DNA from: Azolla caroliniana
Taxonomy: Eukaryota > Plantae > Polypodiophyta
NCBI GenBank assembly: GCA_043228905.1
Contig: JBHGNT010001475.1
Span: 1 to 7,862 of the forward strand
DNA length: 7,862 bases
Direction: 5' to 3'
In this document: positions 1-7,152 of the stretch, piece by piece
Numbering within the stretch: the stretch's first letter is position 1
Layout: each line of letters opens with the position of its first letter
Notes under the pieces: generated by a model
What the model was told of the DNA's origin: nothing
Database searches by the model: none
The model's input: only the letters and a program-made list of their open reading frames with translations
Made by a program: the position numbers and the translations under genes

Positions 1-11
1 CTCTAGTAGAT

Positions 12-38
12 GTAGTAGTAGTAGTAGTAGTAGTAGTA
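12..38. repeat. (GTA)9 microsatellite
   Basis: Nine perfect GTA units read directly. Confidence 0.97.
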
Positions 39-48
39 CATCTTTGTA

Positions 49-132
49 GTACATACATACAAAATGTTGGTACCCCCGTTTCTCTTCTCTTCTCTCATAT
101 ATGTTTGTATGTATTTGTATGTATGTATGTAC
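49..132. repeat. Opposed (TACA)3 and interrupted (TGTA)n microsatellites flanking a CT-rich tract
   Basis: TACATACATACAAA (50-63) is the exact reverse complement of TTTGTATGTATGTA (114-127). A TCTCT tract lies at ~80-96. Confidence 0.85.
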
Positions 133-836
133 AGTAAGTACAAATCGACAACTCCCGTGGTTCCCCCCTCCTCTCCCACCCATTGCTAGCGGGTCTTCTT
201 TTAATTTGCACCCCAGACAGACGTGGCGTGATCAATTTACCCTTCCCTCGTTTGTACTACGAGAGCCGTAGCTTTAGGGAAATTCCCCCTACTCTATTGA
301 GTTTCCAAACAAAACCACGACAATAATGTTGTCCGTTCTCCATCTCTTTCACCCAACGAAACTAAAGATAAACACTAGATTCTTAAAACAAGAGCGATCT
401 ATTTGTAGGTAAGAATCAAACTGGCCATTATTCAGCAAATGGCTTAGGTTTTCAGAGAAAAAGGTCTTTGTGGCTTGTTTCTCTCCATATACATCATACC
501 TTAACATACCCCACGAATCATCCTTAGAAGTTAGTATGGTGGCACTTTTCACCAAAAACAAACAAATGTTTAAATGAGACAAATATAAAATCATACCCCT
601 CTCATGAACTCAAAAACTAAAAAGCATGGTTACGATTATTTAAAATATCACACATAATCATGCATTAATGGATTAGGTGTTGGTGTTTCTTGAAAGGAGA
701 AGAGATTTTATGGCTATAACTTGACATTGGTAGGTCCAAAACATGGTAGAAGAGAACATTATAAAACAACCATAATATTGAGGGTGTAACCACATGTGGC
801 TTGGGTCAAATAACAACATGACAAAACTTGCCAAAT

Positions 837-1010
837 CTAAGAAACACAATCCCAAATCTGGCGAGCGAGCAAACATTGCCATATGAAATGATGAATATTA
901 TCTTCCATGGTTTGTATACAGAAGAGCCAATCAACCCATGGTTGTTCTTTAGTTTGTATATGTAAAAGACCCTCTATCAATGTTATGCTCTATAGTTACT
1001 ACCAATAAAT
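837..1010 (-). mobile_element. Decayed L1-type LINE ORF2 remnant (zf-RVT zinc finger)
   Basis: Minus-strand translation from 929 reads WLFCIQTMEDNIHHFIWQCLLARQIWDCVS*. This matches the zf-RVT pattern C-x2-C...E-x-H-x4-C-x2-A-x2-IW with the first Cys replaced by Trp (TGG). Flanking in-frame stops indicate decay; boundaries are approximate. Confidence 0.7.
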
Positions 1011-1638
1011 CCATAAATGGGTATAATAATCGTTGTGTGTTGAGCCTCAACTACAACTCCCACCTCTTTGACCCGTAAATGAAAGAAGTGATTAAATTGA
1101 GAGCACAAACTCTTCTTTCCATGTCAACAAAATAATAAAAAAGTCATGAGACAACCAAGTATTGAGCACATGAAAAACATGGAATTTTAAGTGGAATACT
1201 TCCACTAAGTAATTACCTTTCTTCTCAATGAAATATTGGACAAATATATTTGTTATTGTGAGTGTGAACACATGTCTTGCAATAACAAAAATTTGTAACC
1301 CATCACATGCCTAGATAAGTCCAACAATGCAACTCCCCTCAAGTGCTTGGAGGTTATTAGATGGTTCCCTACAACTCATGTGATATCTATTTTATCTCTC
1401 TTTATCCACAAAAAACATTGAAGATGTTGCAAAATGAAATGCAAAGCCTTCTTATCCAATACAAAATGAAACACAAACAAAAGAGGTCACAAAACTCGTG
1501 ACTTCCAATTTATGAATTTATCCCTCAACCTCCTTGTCATCCATTATTATGACTACAATGCCCTATTAAGATATTCGTGACCCATATCATGTATACATGT
1601 TTTGACTCATGAGAGGACATGTAGCTTGCAAGCATTCC

Positions 1639-1746
1639 ATGCTCACATATGTGTGCCAAGTGTTCTTCATGCATAAGCTCATGCATATGCACCAAGTTCC
1701 CTTCATGCATCTTGTCATTCATGTGTGCCAAGTGTTCTTCACCCAT
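1639..1746 (-). repeat. Three-copy 36-bp tandem repeat encoding a His/Glu/Met-rich 12-aa unit
   Basis: Units at 1639-1674, 1675-1710 and 1711-1746. ATGTGTGCCAAGTGTTCTTCA is identical at 1649 and 1721. The minus frame reads MGEEHLAHMNDK / MHEGNLVHMHEL / MHEEHLAHICEH. Confidence 0.9.
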
Positions 1747-2893
1747 TTCAGTGTGAAATCTATTTGAAGAGGTTCACGATTAGCATTCTAGTTCAACGCC
1801 AGTCTTTAGCTCTTGAGTTATATCTAGCCACGATTATTAAAGTTACTCTATCTATATTACATTTTCTATCTCGTCAAACTCTCTCAATCTACCTTGTTCC
1901 TTCTTCTTTTCTCTTTTCCAGTTTTGACATCCATTCAATTAATTGGGCATTCAATTAAGTGTTATCCAATGTTTTTCTTCACTCAATATATTCTTACCTG
2001 CAATTAAACCATATTGGGTTAGGTGTATCTAACTTTGGCAAATAATAAAAAACCACATGATCAACTCAAGTAAACTACCCATTATCAACAAATAAAAGGT
2101 ACAACAATGTCTTGCCCAGATAAACAAGAGTAAATGTAACTTTAATTACTAAACCCAACCATGCAAAACAGTAACACCAAAAACTCACAACACACAATGA
2201 GTGGCAAAGATATCGATACCCACAATGATCGTGTTTGGTTGATGCATAAAAAGGAGTTGATGGAAGAAGCAAAGAGAGTCAAATCATGCTCTCAAGGTTC
2301 AATTCTCCCCGAAAAGTGGGCATCCATGACCCAATTCACACATGTAACATACTAACACGAAACTCGTTCACTCTTGAGTATATGGTCTTGGCTATTGGTA
2401 AAGAATCTACTATCCACTCAAACAATGCAAGCTTATCAAGTAGGCATCACTGCATCGAAGATTAAATATGTGCTTGGTGTTACACATCTTGAGTCGACAC
2501 ATCTAGTTTGGAGCTAATGTTGGGAATTAGGACAACAATAGAAGATTTCAATGAACTTTTTCGTGAGCTCTCGAGGCAAACAATTTCATTAGTTGGGGAG
2601 GCAATGATAAGAGAAAGAGGAAAGTGAATCAGTGGAAAAAGGAGGTTGTGTGCAGCGCTTACCTTCACCATGACACTTTCCAGAGTGTAGTGACCCCAGT
2701 CAACAACAATGGACTTGGTAAGCCACCATGATGGGGGCCGTGGCACCTTTGCTGCAAGGCATATAGGGAAGCTTGTGATGGCGCTGCCCTGTATCTCGCA
2801 GGAAGGCTGCCATTAATATGAATTCCTAGAGTAGTAACATCGTGTGTTAACAGTTGTAATGGCTCTTGATTCAATAAGGCCTTCTCCTCCAGT

Positions 2894-3148
2894 GTTTATA
2901 AGGGGTTCTTCACATGCCCCCAACCCCCTTAGAGATGGGTTCACATCAACTCATTCAGGCAATTTTGATCATTTATTGTTTTTGGATTTCTTTATCTTCA
3001 AGTTTTAATAGGGGCCCTTCACATGAGCAGCATGGATTTATTCTCTCTTGATTAGACTTTACCTTTGAGGTTTATAAGGGATCGATCCTTCACATGAATC
3101 CCATGGGTTTATTCCCATTTGATTCTTGACCTTCGAAGTTTGTATGGA
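2894..3148. repeat. Degenerate ~70-bp tandem array (about 3-4 copies)
   Basis: The motif GTTT(A/T)..AGGG..CTTCACATG recurs at 2894, 3002 and 3070. CCTTCACATGA is at 3016 and 3087 (period 71), each followed by CATGG.TTTATTC...TTGATT...ACCTT.GA.GTTT.TA.GG. Confidence 0.8.
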
Positions 3149-3413
3149 AATGTATTCACTCACGCCTTTTTCTGGTGTTCTTGTCGAAAATATAAAAAAT
3201 ATCACACTATTAAGGCTGAGTTTGCATCTCATCATATGATCTCGTTTCACACTTGCATAGAAGGCTATGCATCCGCATTTCTGGTGCAATCAAGGTTGCT
3301 ATCACCATAATCCTGTGTAAACAAATCTCACCATCAAAGCCAGATATGAGCTTGATTGAGGCTACTCCCCATAAAAATAGGATAGAAAAGTACCCATTGT
3401 AAACAATGTTACA

Positions 3414-6400
3414 TCAGCCAACAGCAACCCAATATTGTTCTGCTGCCCACCATTGTTTTCTAATGCTCAGCTCCTCGACTCTCTTAGCATGTTGGGGCAT
3501 GCCAACATCAGCATAGATATTATAGAGAGAAACATAAGCCCCAACATCTCCTTCATCCAATTGCACTGCATGAGAAAATGCCCATATTCCAATCTCAACA
3601 TCACCCCATTTTCTACAAGCACCCAGTATAGTGTGCCAAACCACAAGATTAGGATGGTAAGGCATCAACTTGATTAGTGCTACTGCTTTGTCTAATTGGC
3701 CCACACGAGCAAACAAATCAATCATACAAACATGATGCTCAATACTCAATTCAATTCCATACTCTTTACTGATGCATTCTATGTATACTTGACTCGTACT
3801 CACAAGACCTGCATGACTGCATGCAGTAAGCACACTTATTAATGTGTCAACACTAGGTCTTACATTTTCTGAAATCATTCTATCAAGGACATGAAAAACA
3901 CTTTCACTTTCACCTAGATGCGCATACCCTGCAATCAGAGCGTTCCATGATAAAGCATCCGGAGAAACACCTTTAACTTGCATATCCTCAAGACAATTCA
4001 ATGCATCATTTGCCAATCCATGTTTGGCATATCCTGCAATAAGTGATGTCCATGATACAGCATTTTGAACCGGAAGCTGGTTAAAAACTTCTTGTGCTTT
4101 CTGTACAAAGCCAAAACTCGTGTACATATCAATCACTGCATTAGCAACAATAAGGTCCTTTTCAATTAAGCCATGTGCCACAATCTCTTCATGGATCTTT
4201 TCACCTTTCTCTGTTGCTCCCATGCTACCACAAGCTTTCAAGGTGCAAAGGTAAGTCAAAACATCCGGAGAGAAGCCCTCCTCCTTCATATGATCAAAAC
4301 AACGCAGAGCTTCTTCACCATAACCGTGCTTGGTATAACCTGCAATTAATGTGGTCCACGAGATGGCATCCCACATAGGAAGCCCATCGAACACATCCTG
4401 AGCTTCTTCGAGTAGGCCACAGGTTGCGTACAAATCAACTAGTGCATTGCCAACAACAATATCACTTTCCAAAAGCCCTTTAACTGTTATTTCAGCATAT
4501 ATGTCTTTTCCTTTTTCTATGAGCCGTATAGTTCCACAAGCTTTCAAGCTAGAAGCATATGTAACTGCATCAGGAGAAATACCTTCAAGTTTCATAAGCT
4601 CGAGACAATTCAATGCTTCCTCCCTCAAATTATGTTTAGCATATCCTGCAATCAGCGTACTCCATGATACTGCATCTGGAATGATACCATTGTGATTCAT
4701 ATGTTCAAAACAATTCATTGCCTCCTCACAATATCCATGCATTGCATATCCAGCAATGAGTGAAGTCCAGGAGATGATGTCATGTGATGGAAGTATGTCA
4801 AACACTTCTTGTGCTTCATCAAGCAATCCACAATTGGCATACATGTCGATCAATGCATTACCAACAAACAGTTCATGCTCAAAAAAACCCTTTTTCTCTA
4901 TCTCGCTATGTATCTCTCGGCCCATTTCTCTTGCACATACAGTGCCACAAGCTTTTAAAATGCAAACAAACGTGACAGGGCTTGGTGCAATACCTAAAAA
5001 TTGCATTTGTGAAAAGAAATCTAAGGCTTTCTCACCAAGACCGTGGTTTGCATATCCTCCCAAGAGAGCTGTCCATGAAATAACATCTGAAGCTGGAAGT
5101 TTATCGAACACATGTTGAGCTTCAAGAATCATTCCAGAAGTCACATAGAAATCAACCAATGCATTCCCAACAACAATGTCCTTCTCCAAAAACCCTCTCA
5201 TGGCAATCTCAGTATGCATTTCTTTGGCCTTGTTCTTAAGTCCCAGAGAGCCACAAGCTATCAAGGTAAAGACAAATGAAAGACAGTCTGGAGAGATACC
5301 TTCAGATTGCATAATCTCAAAACATGTCAATGCTTCTTCGTAATACCCATGTTTAATATATCCGTCTATTAGTGTATTCCAACAGAATGTATCTGGAGAA
5401 ATACCTGAAAATCGCATCTCTTTAAACAATTCCAATGCTTTTTCACAATAGCCATGTTTGGAATACCCTGAAATCAGTGCTGTCCATGACACTATATCAC
5501 GACCTGAAAGATTTTTGAATACCTCGTGTGCCTTTTCAAGCATACCACAATTGGCAAACATATCAACCATTGCAGTACCAATGAGATCATTTTTTTCTAG
5601 CAAACCTTCCTTACATATCATATGATGTACCTCTTCAGCTTTCTTTACATCTCCAATGTTGCCACAAGCTTTTAAGCTACAAATAGAAGTGGCAACATTT
5701 GGAACAATACCATCAGAGCACAATTTTTGGAAACAGTTTATTACTTTCAAATCAAGTTTATGTTTAGAATAGCCTCTGATCAATGCTGCCCATGAGAATA
5801 TATTCCGGGAAGGAAGTTTGTTCAGTATATCCTCTGCTTCTGCAAGGAAACCACAATTAGCATACATATCAATCAATGCATTGCTAATTTCAGGAACTCT
5901 TTCTATGATCCAATTCTCAATCACAGAGGCGTGTATTTGTTGACCTTTGCATACATTCATTAGGTTTCCACATAATTTTAAGATGAAAATAAATGTGACA
6001 GAAGTTGGTGCAACACCCTCCACTTCCATCTGGTTAAAGCAAATCATTGCTTCTTCACATAGACCATGTGTAAAATATCCAGCTATCAAAGCATTCCACG
6101 ACACTGCATCTCTCTCAAGAAGCTTATCAAACACTTCTTGTGATTTCTCAACAAGCCCACATTTCGCATACATATCAATTAAGCTGCTGCCAACGAATAG
6201 TTGTGTTTCTAAATTAGATGAAATGATCTCATAATGCAAACTTTTACCTCGTTCGACATCTTTCAAGTTGGCACAGGCCTTCAATAAAGCAACAAAAGTG
6301 TATGCAGTAGGTTTCACAGAGCTTATGCACATTTTCTGGTATAGAATGAACGCTTTCTGAGGATCTCCATACTTGATGAAGCAAGTAATAAGAGAATTCC

Positions 6401-6689
6401 AACTATACTCATTGGGAAACTCCAAGTTATGGAACACTTTATGAGCATCACAAACGTTTCCAGCATCAGCTAACATAGGAACCAGGTAGTTACCGATAGA
6501 TGGGTGATTCTCGAGACCAAATTTTTGTATATAATCATATAGCCGCCTTGTGAAAAAATCATTTTTCTCCTCCCTACATTTCTGCAACATGTATCCAATG
6601 GTCTCAATGGAGGGAATTTGAGGCAAGTCTTCCCCTGATGCAAGCATTTCTTCAAGCTTAAGTAATTTCCATTCCCTTCTGTTTTGCAT
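3414..6689 (-). CDS. PLS-class pentatricopeptide repeat protein, E subgroup (E1-E2, no DYW); probable organellar RNA-editing factor (main exon)
   Basis: The uninterrupted 1091-aa ORF parses by eye into L-S-P-L-S-(P-L-S-P-L-S-P)x3-P2-L2-S2-E1-E2. Hallmark motifs: P 'DxVSWxALIxGYxxHG', L 'TFxxxLKACG', S 'VGNALxDMYAxCG', L2 'VLTACSHAGLV', S2 'HHVCMIDLFARVGQL', E1 'VWHTILGACRKWG' (from 3650), E2 'AYVSLYNIYAD' (from 3548). No HxE/CxxC deaminase signature is present. Confidence 0.97.
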   Translation of the reverse strand: MQNRREWKLLKLEEMLASGEDLPQIPSIETIGYMLQKCREEKNDFFTRRLYDYIQKFGLENHPSIGNYLVPMLADAGNVCDAHKVFHNLEFPNEYSWNSLITCFIKYGDPQKAFILYQKMCISSVKPTAYTFVALLKACANLKDVERGKSLHYEIISSNLETQLFVGSSLIDMYAKCGLVEKSQEVFDKLLERDAVSWNALIAGYFTHGLCEEAMICFNQMEVEGVAPTSVTFIFILKLCGNLMNVCKGQQIHASVIENWIIERVPEISNALIDMYANCGFLAEAEDILNKLPSRNIFSWAALIRGYSKHKLDLKVINCFQKLCSDGIVPNVATSICSLKACGNIGDVKKAEEVHHMICKEGLLEKNDLIGTAMVDMFANCGMLEKAHEVFKNLSGRDIVSWTALISGYSKHGYCEKALELFKEMRFSGISPDTFCWNTLIDGYIKHGYYEEALTCFEIMQSEGISPDCLSFVFTLIACGSLGLKNKAKEMHTEIAMRGFLEKDIVVGNALVDFYVTSGMILEAQHVFDKLPASDVISWTALLGGYANHGLGEKALDFFSQMQFLGIAPSPVTFVCILKACGTVCAREMGREIHSEIEKKGFFEHELFVGNALIDMYANCGLLDEAQEVFDILPSHDIISWTSLIAGYAMHGYCEEAMNCFEHMNHNGIIPDAVSWSTLIAGYAKHNLREEALNCLELMKLEGISPDAVTYASSLKACGTIRLIEKGKDIYAEITVKGLLESDIVVGNALVDLYATCGLLEEAQDVFDGLPMWDAISWTTLIAGYTKHGYGEEALRCFDHMKEEGFSPDVLTYLCTLKACGSMGATEKGEKIHEEIVAHGLIEKDLIVANAVIDMYTSFGFVQKAQEVFNQLPVQNAVSWTSLIAGYAKHGLANDALNCLEDMQVKGVSPDALSWNALIAGYAHLGESESVFHVLDRMISENVRPSVDTLISVLTACSHAGLVSTSQVYIECISKEYGIELSIEHHVCMIDLFARVGQLDKAVALIKLMPYHPNLVVWHTILGACRKWGDVEIGIWAFSHAVQLDEGDVGAYVSLYNIYADVGMPQHAKRVEELSIRKQWWAAEQYWVAVG

Positions 6690-6956
6690 GTCATTGAATC
6701 ATCAATAGGAACAGTAAGAAAGCTCTTATAATCCGATGACCACCAGAAGCAATTAGTACAGCCATAGATAGGAATGCGAGAAAGGTCGTAAAATCTGATC
6801 ATCAAATGTGATATGTGTGGCAATTGCTACTTTTCTATGGATTTTCCATGGCTCAGGCTCGTAAGCATAAGAGGTGGCTTCCAAACTCCCTTCTGTGGTA
6901 TGCATCCTGAATTCGCAGTTTGCGCTGATGAATGAGAAACGTAGCACACCGTTTAC
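6635..6956 (-). other. Putative 322-nt GT-AG intron of the PPR gene
   Basis: GT at 6956-6955 and AG at 6636-6635. Splicing gives ...TAT GAA G|GG GAA GAC (YEGED), restoring the PPR frame, whereas the unspliced region has stops in the PPR frame (e.g. TGA four codons before ATG 6689). Confidence 0.5.
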
Positions 6957-7152
6957 CTTCATATGTAGATGCTGCTTTAGACCTAGTGCATATGCTCATG
7001 CGTTTTCTCCATCCATGTTCAAAGATAGTGCTTTTTCTAGGAAAGCAAAAGAAAGAAGAAAAGGGGCATGCTGAAGACGTCAAGCCACTTCCATTCTGTC
7101 CATAGTACATCATACTACATACCATTACCATTACCATCCCATCCCATCTCAT
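6957..7152 (-). CDS. Putative first coding exon of the PPR gene (organellar transit-peptide-like N-terminus)
   Basis: Translates as MRWDGMVMVMVCSMMYYGQNGSGLTSSACPFSSFFCFPRKSTIFEHGWRKRMSICTRSKAASTYE-G, which is Ser/Arg/Lys-rich with few acidic residues. It ends at a consensus donor GAAG|GTAAAC (phase 1) that joins in frame to the acceptor TGCATCAG|GG in the PPR ORF. Which ATG is used is uncertain. Confidence 0.55.

Larger units (their letters stand above)
1540..3160 (-). mobile_element. Probable decayed LTR-retrotransposon 5' portion (LTR-like ~3160-2226, degenerate PBS 2222-2209, broken internal ORF ~1960-1540)
   Basis: On the minus strand, in order: tandem repeats, CCCCTTATAAA (TATA 2900-2895), ...GATCA (2226), then TGGGTATCGATATC resembling the tRNA-iMet PBS TGGTATCAGAGC, a TG-rich leader and a stop-riddled charged ORF with a tandem repeat. 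The region is CATG/TGCA-rich, as in methylated, deaminated repeats. No gag/pol motif, second LTR or TSD is visible. Confidence 0.4.

Noticed and set aside
250-310. tRNA gene or tRNA-derived SINE head
   Set aside because: There are no A/B box (TGGC..GG, GTTCGA) motifs, and the 7-nt loop lacks the YU..R anticodon-loop pattern on either strand.
1639-1746. 36-bp periodic repeat as a CRISPR-like array
   Set aside because: The units are contiguous and degenerate with no unique spacers. The context is eukaryotic and there are no cas genes.
2503-2690. Plus-strand 'TTIEDFNEL' resembling the L1 endonuclease GDFN motif
   Set aside because: It is a single short motif with the Gly missing and no convincing flanking endonuclease motifs. 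Minus-strand LTR and splice features explain the region better.
349-2874. Short ORFs 349-594, 673-882, 1725-1958, 2075-2272, 2161-2355, 2480-2746 and 2665-2874 as genes
   Set aside because: They are under 90 aa, several have non-ATG starts, none has a recognisable domain, and most overlap inferred TE remnants.
3059-3289. Minus-strand ORF MHQKCGC... as a frameshifted DYW domain
   Set aside because: It has a non-ATG start and no HxE, CxxCH or HHF...CSC motifs, and it runs into the tandem repeat array.
3435-6234. Plus-strand ORFs 3435-3677, 4175-4378, 4447-4695, 4756-5118, 4784-4975 and 5947-6234
   Set aside because: These are antisense shadows of the PPR coding sequence. Their repetitiveness mirrors the PPR motifs and they have no independent domain.
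6679-6956. Two-intron model (6956-6907 and 6830-6679) that also restores the PPR frame
   Set aside because: It needs an unusually short 50-nt intron and a weak GTAGCA donor. The single-intron model is simpler, though this one is not formally excluded.
6753-6962. ORF MKVNGV... in the same frame as the PPR ORF, as a pseudogenised N-terminal extension
   Set aside because: It is separated from ATG 6689 by four stops, has no PPR or transit-peptide character, and lies almost entirely within the predicted intron.
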